A model generated the notes under the pieces. The model ran no database searches, was not told where the DNA came from, and was given only the letters and a program-made list of their open reading frames with translations. A stretch of DNA of 64,000 bases from Bacilli bacterium (lineage in GTDB: Bacteria; Bacillota_I; Bacilli_A; RF39; UBA660): contig JAFQQQ010000003.1 in assembly GCA_017410525.1 (NCBI GenBank), positions 123,434 through 187,433 of the forward strand, written 5' to 3'. A program made the translations under genes and the position numbers. Within the stretch, counting starts at the first letter, position 1. The number at the start of each line of letters is the position of its first letter. Positions 30,625 to 40,710 of this stretch are shown here, piece by piece.

Positions 30625-30987
30625 ATGAATTATTATAATCCCTACTTTTATTCAATGCCTACCACACTATCAACCCCAAAAGTCGGATTATTTTCTAGAT
30701 TATTTGGTGGAAATGGAATTACATTAGGTGGTATAATAAATGGAACCCAAAGGGCATTAAATTTCGCTAATCAAGCAATACCGCTCGTTAAACAAGTAAG
30801 ACCTATGATTGGGAATGCTAAAACGATGTTTAAGGTAATGAATGAATTTAAAAGAGTAGAAAAACCTAAACAAAACATAAATAATAATACTTCGAATATT
30901 AATAATGCAGCCAACAATGCAAAAGAAGAAACATTTATAGAAAACAATTATACTTCTACAGATGAAGGACCTACATTTTTTGTATAA
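30625..30987 (+). CDS. YqfQ-like small protein
   Basis: 120 aa. GLFSRLFGG..INGTQRALNFANQAIPLVKQVRPMIGNAKTMFKVMNEFK resembles the YqfQ family, and the location next to trmK/sigA matches Bacillus. AGGAGG RBS. Confidence 0.55.
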   Translation: MNYYNPYFYSMPTTLSTPKVGLFSRLFGGNGITLGGIINGTQRALNFANQAIPLVKQVRPMIGNAKTMFKVMNEFKRVEKPKQNINNNTSNINNAANNAKEETFIENNYTSTDEGPTFFV

Positions 30988-31005
30988 CAAAAGATTGAAA
31001 TTAAC

Positions 31006-31638
31006 CTAAATTAATTTCAATCCTAAAATTATTATTCTATACTTTAATCTTAACAATATTTTTTTCTTAGATATATTATTTAAAATATTTTCATATTTTT
31101 TAATAATATATTTTTTGTATTCTATATTATTTTTTAATATTGGTCCTAACAATATATCTAATTTACTATATTTTTTTATTCCTTTTATAAACTTTATAAT
31201 TATATAAGGTTTATTTTTATCTATAATAAATATCTCACTATCTATATAATATCCTAAATTAATTACTTCTTTCCTTAATATATCTACATTATTATTAGAT
31301 GAAATAATTAGTGTATTAGAAAGATTATTAGTTTTTAATATTTCAAGTATAGTATAAGTTCCCATACCACTTATTACTATATTATCATCGTCTTTTACTT
31401 TTATATCTGTAAGGCCATTAGTAAGTTTTGTTTCTATTTTATCTTCTAAATTGTATTTTTTTATATTTTTTTTTGCTATTTCTAAAGCATTTTGATTTAT
31501 ATCAGTAGCAATACATTTATTATCATTATTTTGTGTTAAATATATATCCAAGTATGCATGATCACATCCTACATCTATTACTCTAGAATTTATATCTACT
31601 AAAGTTGCTACTCCTTGTAATCTTTTTGATAAGTTCAT
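31006..31638 (-). CDS. trmK: tRNA (adenine22-N1)-methyltransferase TrmK
   Basis: LSKRLQGVATLVDINSRVIDVGCDHAYLDIYL N-terminus. Its start overlaps the sigA stop (TAATG), and the Bacillus sigA-yqfN synteny is kept. Confidence 0.85.
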   Translation of the reverse strand: MNLSKRLQGVATLVDINSRVIDVGCDHAYLDIYLTQNNDNKCIATDINQNALEIAKKNIKKYNLEDKIETKLTNGLTDIKVKDDDNIVISGMGTYTILEILKTNNLSNTLIISSNNNVDILRKEVINLGYYIDSEIFIIDKNKPYIIIKFIKGIKKYSKLDILLGPILKNNIEYKKYIIKKYENILNNISKKKILLRLKYRIIILGLKLI

Positions 31639-32717
31639 TAGTCACCCATGTAATCTCTTAATTTTCTAGAACGTGATGGATGTCTTAATTTTCTCAATGC
31701 TTTTGCTTCGATTTGTCTAATTCTTTCTCTTGTTACTCCAAACATTTGTCCCACTTCTTCAAGAGTTCTTGGCTTACCATCTTCAAGACCAAATCTAAGT
31801 CTAATTACTTTTTCTTCTCTTTCGGTTAATGTTTCAAGAACCTGTGATATTTCATCTTTTAACATTTCATTAGTAGCAAACTCTTCTGGGCTTAAGTTTC
31901 TTTCATCTTTAATAAAATCGCCTAAATGAGAATCATCCTCTTCACCTATTGGAGTTTCTAAACTTACTGGATCTTGACTAATTTTGTAGATTTCTCTAAC
32001 TTTTTCTACAGTAGTACCCATTTTTTTAGCAAGTTCTTCTTCGCTTGGTTCTCTATTAAGTTCAAGTGTTAATTGTCTTTGTACTCTAGCAAGTTTATTT
32101 ATTGTTTCTACCATGTGTACTGGGACACGAATTGTTCTTGCTTGATCAGCTATAGCTCTTGTTATAGCTTGTCTAATCCACCAAGTAGCATATGTAGAAA
32201 ATTTATAACCTTTAGTAACGTCAAATTTATCTACAGCTTTCATAAGTCCAATATTACCCTCTTGAATTAAGTCTAAGAATAACATTCCTCTACCTACATA
32301 TCTTTTAGCAATACTAACTACTAGACGAAGGTTTGCTTCTGCAAGTATATTTTTAGCAGATTCATCACCAGCTACTATTCTATCTGCAAGTTCGCTTTCT
32401 TCAGCTAGAGTTAAAAGTTTTATTTGACCTATTTCTTTTAAATACATTCTAACTGGGTCGTTTATAGTTAAATCCTTGGTTAATGCATTATCATCAAGTA
32501 ATATCTTATCTCCCCCATCATCAGTAGGATCTGTTTCTGATACTACAGCAATGTTATTTTCATTAAAAGCATTATATAAATCATCTAAACTATCTGCATC
32601 TAAGTCTAATCCTTTTAAAGCCGCAGCTAATTCTTCATAAGTTATATATCCTTTTTCTTTACCTATTTTAACTAATTCTTTTTTTCTTTCTTCAAAAGTT
32701 TTTATTTCACCTATCAT
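31638..32717 (-). CDS. sigA: Primary RNA polymerase sigma factor SigA/RpoD
   Basis: Regions 1.2 to 4.2 are present ([65 protein letters not shown]). Confidence 0.96.
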   Translation of the reverse strand: MIGEIKTFEERKKELVKIGKEKGYITYEELAAALKGLDLDADSLDDLYNAFNENNIAVVSETDPTDDGGDKILLDDNALTKDLTINDPVRMYLKEIGQIKLLTLAEESELADRIVAGDESAKNILAEANLRLVVSIAKRYVGRGMLFLDLIQEGNIGLMKAVDKFDVTKGYKFSTYATWWIRQAITRAIADQARTIRVPVHMVETINKLARVQRQLTLELNREPSEEELAKKMGTTVEKVREIYKISQDPVSLETPIGEEDDSHLGDFIKDERNLSPEEFATNEMLKDEISQVLETLTEREEKVIRLRFGLEDGKPRTLEEVGQMFGVTRERIRQIEAKALRKLRHPSRSRKLRDYMGD

Positions 32718-34446
32718 TTTCTTCTCTCCTTCTTTTGATTTCAAGTGCCTTATTAGCAAGTTCTAGCTTTTTTTTGTAATCTATTTCACTTTTTAATTTA
32801 TTTCTATATATATTAGTTTGATTTTTTTCATTATATTCCCTTATATTATTTAAATAATCATCGATTGTTTCATAATTTATTTCGCTTGAAAGATTTAAAC
32901 TACTTATTTCTCCTAAAGCTTTTATAGATTCAGCATCATCTTTTAAATAAGTAATTAAATCCGCACTATTAATAAATCCGTGTTCTTTATAAAACATATC
33001 TATTTGAAATGCCAAATGCCTATATACCTCAGTAGGCATATGCGTTATTTTTTTCTGATACATTTTTATTACATCATTGCTTTGTAACATATAATAAATT
33101 AAGTATTGTTCAGATTTTGTATATTTATTTATTTTTTTTATTTCTTTTTTAGGTTTAATTTCTATAGCAACTATTTCTTTTTTAGTTAATTTACTTTTAA
33201 TTAAATCTATATCTACACCAGTTTCTTTACTTAGTTTATTTATACTAACACTTTTTAATATATCATCATCTATATTATCTATTTCTTTAATCATGGTATT
33301 AATGTAATTAGCAAGTTCTTCTGTATTATTTAAATTGTATTCCCTTTTTAACAACGATTCTTTAAACTCCATTATATTCATTGGATTATTTATTTTATTT
33401 AAGAACGAGTCTTTTCCATTTTTAATAATATAATCATCAGGGTCACTATTATTTTCTAATCTTACTATTTTAGGAGTTATACCTAATTTTTCTAGTTCTA
33501 CTATTGCTCCCTTAGTAGCTTTAAGCCCTGCTTCATCACCATCAAAACAAAGTATTACATTAGTAGATAATTTTCTAACTAACATCGCTTGTTCTTTACC
33601 AAATGCAGTACCTAGTGATGCGACAACGTTTTTAACTCCTATTGTATGTGCTCTAATTACATCCATAGGACCTTCCATTATAATTATTTGATGTTTCTTT
33701 CTTGCTTCATCTTTTGCTTTATGATAATTATATAATAATTCTCTTTTTTTAAATATATCTGTTTCTTTAGAGTTTATATATTTATTTTCAGTTTCTCCAT
33801 TATAAACTCTACCATTATATCCAATTACTTTTCCATTTAAATCATATAAAGGAAACATAATTCTATTTCTATATACATCATTTAATGTATAATTATTTTC
33901 ATTTACTAAACCACTTCTAAGTAATGTTTTATCATCATACTTCTTAGATTTTAATAATTTAGTAAGCATATCTTTTTCATTTAAAGATAACCCTATACCA
34001 AATTCTTTTATAATATTTTCATCTAGTTGTCTATTTTTTAAATAGTCTTTTGCTTTTTTACCTAATTCAGTATTTATATTGTTTTGATAAAATTTTTGAC
34101 TCAATTCATAAATATCATATAACTCTTGATATTTATTTTTTTCTCTAGCTTGTCCAATATCAATATATACGTGTGCGATATCAGCACATTTTTTTACTGC
34201 TTCAAGAAAACTTATATTCTCATAATCTTGTATAAACTTAAAAACATTTCCTGTCGCACCACAACTAAAACATGTATATATTTGTTTTTCTTTAGAGACA
34301 CTCATACTTGGAGAATGATCATCGTGGAATGGACAAACTCCAAAATAGTTTTTTCCTTTAGAAGTGAGTGGTAAATAATTCGATATAATTTCTACTATAT
34401 CTAAGTTATTTCTTATCTCATTTAATGTATTATTATCTATTTTCAT
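32707..34446 (-). CDS. dnaG: DNA primase DnaG
   Basis: [14 protein letters not shown] zinc finger and a Toprim region (EGPMDVI, DGDEAG). Start moved to the ATG at 34444-34446. Confidence 0.93.
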   Translation of the reverse strand: MKIDNNTLNEIRNNLDIVEIISNYLPLTSKGKNYFGVCPFHDDHSPSMSVSKEKQIYTCFSCGATGNVFKFIQDYENISFLEAVKKCADIAHVYIDIGQAREKNKYQELYDIYELSQKFYQNNINTELGKKAKDYLKNRQLDENIIKEFGIGLSLNEKDMLTKLLKSKKYDDKTLLRSGLVNENNYTLNDVYRNRIMFPLYDLNGKVIGYNGRVYNGETENKYINSKETDIFKKRELLYNYHKAKDEARKKHQIIIMEGPMDVIRAHTIGVKNVVASLGTAFGKEQAMLVRKLSTNVILCFDGDEAGLKATKGAIVELEKLGITPKIVRLENNSDPDDYIIKNGKDSFLNKINNPMNIMEFKESLLKREYNLNNTEELANYINTMIKEIDNIDDDILKSVSINKLSKETGVDIDLIKSKLTKKEIVAIEIKPKKEIKKINKYTKSEQYLIYYMLQSNDVIKMYQKKITHMPTEVYRHLAFQIDMFYKEHGFINSADLITYLKDDAESIKALGEISSLNLSSEINYETIDDYLNNIREYNEKNQTNIYRNKLKSEIDYKKKLELANKALEIKRRREENDR

Positions 34447-34518
34447 ACTATCACTTCCAATGTCTCTACTAATAATAAACGATAAAAAAATCAAATTTCC
34501 TTTTTTTTCGTGCAAATT

Positions 34519-35448
34519 TCATAAAAAAATTGTATTTTGCTCTATTTTATAGTCAGTTTTATACTTTAATTCACGAATTAATCTGAATAAAGCATCGTCC
34601 TTTTTCTTGGCTTCTATCATAACATCAAAATCCCTTTTTGTAAACTTTATTTTCTCTATAAAATCAATAAAATCATCTGCATTTATATAATCATTATGAC
34701 TTCTTTTGTTCTTTTTATCTTTTGGACTAGAAAAATGTATTTTAGGAGTATCTTCCCAAGTGTTGAAGATCCTTTCTATATAGTCTTCTATTTTTTCATT
34801 ATTTTTATTTATTTTAAAGTGGTGATAATCAAGTACCATAGGTATTTTTAACTTTTCACATAAACTTAAAACATTTCTAATATTATAACTTTTATCATCA
34901 TTTTCTACTACTATAAGTTTTTGTAAATCTTTATTTAATTTATTAAAGTTATCTATAAATCTTTTTATACCTAATCTTTTACCTCCTACTTTACTACCTA
35001 CATGCAACACTATCTTAGATTCAATACCCATACTTTTATACATTTTTTGATAAAATTTGAGTATATTAATTGTAGAAGTAACCACTTCTTCATTCACGCT
35101 ATTTAAAACAACATAAGCCGAAGGATGAATGTCTACTCTTAAATTATTTTGTTTTATTATGTCCCCTATTTTTTTGTAATAATGTTTATATTGAATTATA
35201 AAATCATATTCTACCGAAGGATGACTTACTAAAGGTATAAGTTCTGAAGTCATTCTAAAAAAAGTAATGTCATTTCTAATATTGTATTTTAATATTTTTT
35301 CTAAAGATTCAAAATTACTTTTAATAACACTATCTAACTTTTCATTTGCTTTATTGCCTAACCTTTTATAGTTAGTATAAGTTAATGAATGAGATGATGT
35401 TTCATCGATTGTTACTGGAACACAGGCATACCCTAATCTAATTTTCAT
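34519..35448 (-). CDS. uvsE: UV damage endonuclease (UvsE/UvdE family)
   Basis: MKIRLGYACVPVT start and a TIM-barrel-like pattern with HPS, HVGS and DYHH segments. About 309 aa. Confidence 0.75.
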   Translation of the reverse strand: MKIRLGYACVPVTIDETSSHSLTYTNYKRLGNKANEKLDSVIKSNFESLEKILKYNIRNDITFFRMTSELIPLVSHPSVEYDFIIQYKHYYKKIGDIIKQNNLRVDIHPSAYVVLNSVNEEVVTSTINILKFYQKMYKSMGIESKIVLHVGSKVGGKRLGIKRFIDNFNKLNKDLQKLIVVENDDKSYNIRNVLSLCEKLKIPMVLDYHHFKINKNNEKIEDYIERIFNTWEDTPKIHFSSPKDKKNKRSHNDYINADDFIDFIEKIKFTKRDFDVMIEAKKKDDALFRLIRELKYKTDYKIEQNTIFL

Positions 35449-35488
35449 TTTATCACCATTTATTATTATAAATAGAAAGGAGTTTTTT

Positions 35489-36025
35489 ATGACATTAAAA
35501 AAATCAAGAATTATAAGCACTATAGGTATATTTTTACTTTGCTTTTTATTTCACTTTTTATATGGTTGGTTACCTAGTAGTATAAGCGCAATATTCTTCC
35601 CAGTAAATGAATCTATTTGGGAACACATGAAACTAATATTCAGCGCGGTTATATTCTATGGAATTATTGATTATATAATACTTCAAAAGTTTAATATAAA
35701 ATATAATAATTTCTTTACTGCTTTATTTGTAACAGCTCTTACTATTATCCCAATATATTTAACTATGTTTTTACCTGTTTATTACAAAATTGGAGAAAAT
35801 ATGATTATTACTATTGGGATTATGTTAGTAGCAATTATTGTTTCTCAAGTTATAAGTTATAAGATATTAAAGGCAAAAGATTTTGATAAAATAAATATCA
35901 TTTCTTTTATACTTATTATAATAGCATATATAGTTTTTGCTTATTTAACTTATTATCCATTAAAAAACGAATTATTCTTTGATATACAAGAAGAAAAATA
36001 CGGACTAAATAATTATAATATTTAA
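35489..36025 (+). CDS. Hypothetical polytopic membrane protein
   Basis: 178 aa with about 5 TM segments and an ESIWEHMKL motif. Family uncertain. Confidence 0.6.
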   Translation: MTLKKSRIISTIGIFLLCFLFHFLYGWLPSSISAIFFPVNESIWEHMKLIFSAVIFYGIIDYIILQKFNIKYNNFFTALFVTALTIIPIYLTMFLPVYYKIGENMIITIGIMLVAIIVSQVISYKILKAKDFDKINIISFILIIIAYIVFAYLTYYPLKNELFFDIQEEKYGLNNYNI

Positions 36026-36164
36026 TCCGTATTTTTTTAAGAGAGTTTAACTTACTCTCAAATCTATATATAAACACCTTATCTTGTGATAAGATGAGGT
36101 GTAGCAAAGTAACACACAAACTAACGCCCTACTTTTATTATATATATATTATTAAAATATATTC

Positions 36165-36345
36165 ATAAATTTACTTACATAATAATATATTCTAAATATT
36201 TTATTTTGTTAATTAAACTAACCACAATTAAAAATTATTTTTTCTACCTTGGAGTTTTCTACTAAATCAATTGTTTCTCCTATGTGGTGATTGTCAAAAA
36301 GTAAGTCAATTAATACATCCAAAAAAGAATTACCATTGTGATAAT
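36165..36345 (-). pseudogene. Decayed fragment of a ComEC-like metallo-beta-lactamase domain
   Basis: Minus-strand reading DVLIDLLFDNHHIGETIDLVENSKVEKIIFNCG* parallels ComEC IDFLIISHGDYDHMGGSINLVENFKVKKVIFNCG. By hand count, 36221-36320 aligns ungapped to 38196-38295 at about 70% identity (43/51 in the best stretch). Weaker similarity continues downstream. Confidence 0.7.
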
Positions 36346-36348
36346 TCT

Positions 36349-36825
36349 TTAATACTTTTTAATTAGTTTTTTAATTCTAGGTTTAAGATCGTATATTTCT
36401 TCAGAAGTTTCTTTCCCTGACTCATCAATTGATATTTCAGGAACTATAATCCCTGTTTCAAGTTCTATCCAATCAGCTAATAATCTTCTATGGCAAAAGT
36501 GCTCTTTGTTAATTTCCAAACCTGGTAGTTCATGACAAAGTAGTATTATATCTTCTCCAAATTTTTCCTTAAAAGTACTCATTAATTCATTTGGATTTAA
36601 ATCTTTTAATCTTAAGTTATAGAATTCTTTTATATACCAATCAATTAATTCTTTTTCTGATAGATTATCTGGGTTTTGATCATAATATTCCCATAAATAT
36701 AATCTTGGCGACATTTTCTTATAAGCATTTCCATAGAATCCCCAAGCATTTCCTCCGTCGCCTGTAATAGATACTAAATTGCCATTTTTTGCATTAGCAT
36801 AACAACTTGTTCCTTTTATAATCAT
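36349..36825 (-). CDS. DUF488 family protein
   Basis: LLCHE...HFCHRRLLADWIE motif typical of DUF488. Start at the ATG at 36823-36825 after AGGTGG. Confidence 0.7.
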   Translation of the reverse strand: MIIKGTSCYANAKNGNLVSITGDGGNAWGFYGNAYKKMSPRLYLWEYYDQNPDNLSEKELIDWYIKEFYNLRLKDLNPNELMSTFKEKFGEDIILLCHELPGLEINKEHFCHRRLLADWIELETGIIVPEISIDESGKETSEEIYDLKPRIKKLIKKY

Positions 36826-36868
36826 CAAAACCACCTACAAACTAATTGTTATTATATCACAATCTTCA

Positions 36869-37692
36869 CTATTTAATCTGTATTTTTTTCTTCTCTTTTT
36901 CTAATTCTTTTAAACTTTTATTGGGTGTTGGCAAATCTTCGGGCATAGTTCCACCTAGTTTCTTAATTGTATTTCTAATTTCTTTACCAACTTCATAATG
37001 AGTTTCGTTTGCTTTACTTTCTAATTTAATATTCTCATTCTTTAATTTTTGTTCTGTTTGTGAAATTCTAAATAGATTTGAAATCAATTCATCACTACCC
37101 ATGTTATCTAATATATCTTCTCTATATATAAGTTTCTTTCGTTTAGCTATATCATTAGCGTTTTCTCCATTATATAATCCTTTATATCCTGAATTATGAA
37201 ATCTATCAAAGTTCTTTACTCCAGCATTTCTAGCAGCAATATTTAAAGAATAATTACCTTTTCTTGTTAAATTTCTTTGATAAAATCTTTTCTCATCTTA
37301 GTAAGTTTGCTATATTCTTTTTCACTTAATTCTTGCTTTCTAGTTTGAATTGCAAAATAAGTTTGTCCTAAGGCAACCATTTTCTTTTTAGGGTTAGCAT
37401 TTTATACAATTAAATAACAAATATATCTAGATAATTTATAATCTTTAATAAATTCTTCTTTCCCTTTCCCAGTTATTATTGGCTTCCTAACCTCAGGAAG
37501 CCAATATGAATCATCATTATTACTGTTTTTATATGATACTACAGCTTTTTGAATTACATTATTAAAGTTCTCCCATTTACTATATTCAAGTAATGGCATT
37601 AACTCACGAGCTAACCAATATTCATTACCTTCTTCATCTATATATTTTATATCTTCAAATAATTTTTCTGTATATTCTTTTATTTCATTCAT
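36869..37692 (-). pseudogene. dinD: DNA damage-inducible protein D (dinD) pseudogene: one in-frame TAA plus one frameshift
   Basis: The three pieces are collinear with E. coli DinD. Piece 1: ..KLSRYICYLIV*NANPKKKMVALGQTYFAIQTRKQEL (TAA at 37402-37404 where DinD has Gln). A frame change follows near 37265-37280. Piece 3: ..ILDNMGSDELISNLFRISQTEQKLK..THYEVGKEIRNTIKKLGGTMPEDLPTP. Confidence 0.85.
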
Positions 37693-37706
37693 TTTTAAAC
37701 TCCTTT

Positions 37707-39743
37707 CTATGGTGGGTATGTTGCTATATGTAATTTATCATTTTTCATCTTAAACATAACACTTCCATCCTGATCAGTTCTATATATTTTACTATCTTTT
37801 AAATTATCTAATACACTATAATTTGGATGTCCATATTTATTATTCTTACCAACACTAATAATAGAATATTTAGGATTAATTTCATCTACAAAACTTTTAC
37901 TAGAACTTGTCTTACTTCCATGATGACCTACTTTTAATACATGTATATCTTGTAAATTATATTTTTCTATTAAGTCCTCTTCTACTTCTACTCCTGCATC
38001 TCCCATAAATAAAAATTTATAATTATTTTGTTTTGTATAAATTACAGATGAATTATCATTTTCATTACCATAATCTTTACTGTTTAAAAAATACAATTTA
38101 TTATCACCAATATTTAATTCTCTGATGCAACTATAATATTGTATCTTCTTTTTCTCTAATACTTTTATTAATTCTTGTTCAAGTTCATTAAATTCGCCAC
38201 AATTAAATATTACTTTCTTTACTTTGAAGTTTTCTACTAAATTAATAGACCCGCCCATATGGTCATAGTCACCATGACTGATTATTAAGAAATCTATATT
38301 TTTTATACCTTGACTCATTAAATAAGAAATAACATCTTTAGATGTATCATAATTATATCTGCCACCCGTATCAATTAAAATATCTCCTTTATTATAACCT
38401 AAATGTATTAAGGAACTATCTCCTTGTCCAACATTAATAAAATTTATAAAAGCATTATTTTTTACATAGTTTATATTTGTATGTACAAATAAAATAATAA
38501 CTATTAGAAATATATATTTATATTTTCTTTTATAAAATTTATATAAAATTAAACTTATCAATAAATAATAAAAAATTATTATGAAAATATTTACTTTACA
38601 AAATATAATTTCTATTTTAAAATTAGTCATAATCAAAGATAAAGATTCAAGCGCTTTAATCATTATTTCAAATACAAAGTCAAGTTTAGGTATTAAAATA
38701 ATGATTAAAGAAAAAGGAAATATAATTAAAGAAATTAAAGGTACAAATATAATATTATTTAATATAGTTATTATATTTATAGTAAAATAATTATTTATAA
38801 GAATAGGGATACTAGCTAAAAAAGAAATTGATGACGTAACTAATGTTTTTACAAAATAATTTTTATATCTATTTATAATCTTACTAAAAACAATTAAATA
38901 AAAAGATATAATATAACTAAACTTAAAACCTATACTATAAATATTATAAGGATTTATAATTAGATTAATCATAAGTATTATTAAAAATATTTTTATTGTG
39001 CTTAAATTTAATTTTAGTAATTTGTTTAAAGTTAAAAATATAAATAAGAAACTAGCTCTCAATACTGAAGGAGTAAAATTAGTTAAGAACATATAAAAAG
39101 ATAAAAACAAGATAGTAAATATATAATTTATGTTTGTCTTTTTTACTTTATTTAAAATATATAATATTAAAGATGATAAAAGAGTTATATGCATACCAGA
39201 TACAGAGAATAAATGACTTATACCATTAGTTCTATATGATTCTAATACATTATCACTTATATAACTACTATCCCCTAATATAAAGGCACTTAAATATTCA
39301 CTACACTTAATATCAGATATTTTTTTTATTAAATATGTTTTAATTTTATAAAATATGTTAATATTTTTTTTTAATAAATAAATGTTATCAATATTCATAC
39401 TAAAATAAGTATTTTTACTAAGCATATACTCTTTATAATTAAATAAATTAAAATTAGTATTACTTCTTAACTCATTTAAATTACCTATTATTTTTACCTT
39501 ATCACCCAAATTAAAATCAAAATTATTCTTATAATATCCAATTATATTTTCTTCTCCTTTTATAGTTAATATAATTCTTTCGCTATCTTTTTTTATATTA
39601 GTAATTATACCTATTATCTCTTTATCATCTACATTATATTTACTTTTTATATTATTTACTTTATAAAATACAATAACTGCAGTTAATATAGATAAAAATA
39701 TTATAAATATATTAGAGTTTAATATTATTTTTAATTTTTGAAT
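37707..39743 (-). CDS. comEC: DNA internalization competence protein ComEC/Rec2 (OB-fold, competence and MBL domains)
   Basis: Polytopic core plus a C-terminal MBL domain (INVGQGDS, SHGDYDHMGG, VGHHGS). The ORF-track TTG at 39509 falls inside the OB-fold region. The open frame extends to 39755 with no ATG/GTG/TTG, so the 5' end is set provisionally at the ATT at 39741-39743, 9 nt after AGGAG. Confidence 0.8.
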   Translation of the reverse strand: MQKLKIILNSNIFIIFLSILTAVIVFYKVNNIKSKYNVDDKEIIGIITNIKKDSERIILTIKGEENIIGYYKNNFDFNLGDKVKIIGNLNELRSNTNFNLFNYKEYMLSKNTYFSMNIDNIYLLKKNINIFYKIKTYLIKKISDIKCSEYLSAFILGDSSYISDNVLESYRTNGISHLFSVSGMHITLLSSLILYILNKVKKTNINYIFTILFLSFYMFLTNFTPSVLRASFLFIFLTLNKLLKLNLSTIKIFLIILMINLIINPYNIYSIGFKFSYIISFYLIVFSKIINRYKNYFVKTLVTSSISFLASIPILINNYFTINIITILNNIIFVPLISLIIFPFSLIIILIPKLDFVFEIMIKALESLSLIMTNFKIEIIFCKVNIFIIIFYYLLISLILYKFYKRKYKYIFLIVIILFVHTNINYVKNNAFINFINVGQGDSSLIHLGYNKGDILIDTGGRYNYDTSKDVISYLMSQGIKNIDFLIISHGDYDHMGGSINLVENFKVKKVIFNCGEFNELEQELIKVLEKKKIQYYSCIRELNIGDNKLYFLNSKDYGNENDNSSVIYTKQNNYKFLFMGDAGVEVEEDLIEKYNLQDIHVLKVGHHGSKTSSSKSFVDEINPKYSIISVGKNNKYGHPNYSVLDNLKDSKIYRTDQDGSVMFKMKNDKLHIATYPP

Positions 39744-40407
39744 AAGCAGATTCTCCTATTCCTGACACATTCATTATATCTTCCAGTTTTTTAAACCCAC
39801 CATTAGTTTCTCTATATTCTATTATTGCTTTAGCTTTTGATTCTCCTACTCCACTCAATGTCATTAACTCTTCAAGAGTTCCTTTATTTATTGAAACAAG
39901 ATTATCTTCTTCAACACTGCTTTCTTCTTTAACTCCATTTGTATTTACAGTATCATTTTTAGTTATACATGAATCATTAATATTATCAGGACATACGCAT
40001 TCATATTGAATATATATTATTTCTTTTTCCTCTTCTTTAAATTTTTCTACTTGCTCATTAGAATATATAATTATTATCATTTCATCTACTATCTTCTTAC
40101 TAAGATTTATATATTCAGTATTCGCTTCTTCTTTTAATCCTCCCGCTTTATTAATAACATCTATTACTCTATCCCCATTATTCATTTGATACACATTAGG
40201 TTCATTAACACTCCCTTTTATATCTACTTTTATTTTTTCTTCTACAATTACTTCTTCCTTTATTTCTTCTACTATAGGTTCTATAACTTCTTGTTTTTTA
40301 TTAGGTCTTAAAATTGTATAAAGAATAGCTAGTCCTAAAAAAAGAATTAAAAATATTAAAATTATTATTATTTTATATTTATCTAAATAGTATTTTATTT
40401 TTTTCAT
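39712..40407 (-). CDS. comEA: Competence protein ComEA (membrane-anchored helix-hairpin-helix DNA receptor)
   Basis: N-terminal TM, SLBB-like middle (VNEPNVYQMNNGDRVIDVINKAGG) and a C-terminal double HhH (LMTLSGVGESKAKAIIEYRETNGGFKKLEDIMNVSGIGESAYSKI). Confidence 0.9.
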   Translation of the reverse strand: MKKIKYYLDKYKIIIILIFLILFLGLAILYTILRPNKKQEVIEPIVEEIKEEVIVEEKIKVDIKGSVNEPNVYQMNNGDRVIDVINKAGGLKEEANTEYINLSKKIVDEMIIIIYSNEQVEKFKEEEKEIIYIQYECVCPDNINDSCITKNDTVNTNGVKEESSVEEDNLVSINKGTLEELMTLSGVGESKAKAIIEYRETNGGFKKLEDIMNVSGIGESAYSKIKNNIKL

Positions 40408-40476
40408 ATTTTCCTTTCTATTAAAGTGGTTTTCCTATATATATTATATTGTATAAAAATCCAAATTCCTTTTTTC

Positions 40477-40505
40477 TTGTAAACATTTTTTATTTTTTGT
40501 ATAAT
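40477..40505 (+). promoter_or_regulatory. Sigma-A type promoter of the glmS leader
   Basis: TTGTAA (40477-40482), 17-nt spacer, then TGTATAAT extended -10 (40500-40505). Confidence 0.6.
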
Positions 40506-40511
40506 TATATT

Positions 40512-40705
40512 AATGATAGAGCAAGTATGTGGAGGAATACTAACTATTAAGCGCCAGACCCTACGGGGTGACGAGGTTAACAATTATCGAAAATTCGGCG
40601 GATGTTGTTACGGAAGTGTATTCGAAAGGTATATTACAAAAAGTAAAATCAAAATTACAACAAACTTTATACCACACACATTGTTTTTGTTGTGGAAAGA
40701 AGGAT
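40512..40705 (+). ncRNA. glmS: glmS ribozyme/riboswitch (GlcN6P-dependent self-cleaving leader)
   Basis: Core A/GCGCCAGA...GGGGUGACGAGG...AUCGAAAAUUCGGCGGAUG is present at 40550-40615, directly upstream of glmS. The expected cleavage site is between A40550 and G40551. The ORF-track extension 40513-40710 is this RNA, not coding sequence. Confidence 0.9.
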
Positions 40706-40710
40706 ATTTT

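Noticed and set aside
37402-37404. In-frame TAA in dinD as a possible programmed readthrough or recoding site.
   Set aside because: A second independent lesion (the frameshift near 37265-37280) in the same gene makes simple pseudogenisation the economical explanation.
36026-37700. The DUF488 / dinD / comEC-fragment region as a mobile element or prophage remnant.
   Set aside because: I saw no integrase, transposase, terminal inverted repeats or flanking direct repeats. The evidence supports a recombination scar with decaying genes, not an identifiable mobile element.
40513-40710. N-terminal 66 aa extension of glmS given in the ORF track.
   Set aside because: The region is the glmS ribozyme. 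GlmS must begin with Met-Cys (MCGITGYIG at 40711), which also has an RBS.
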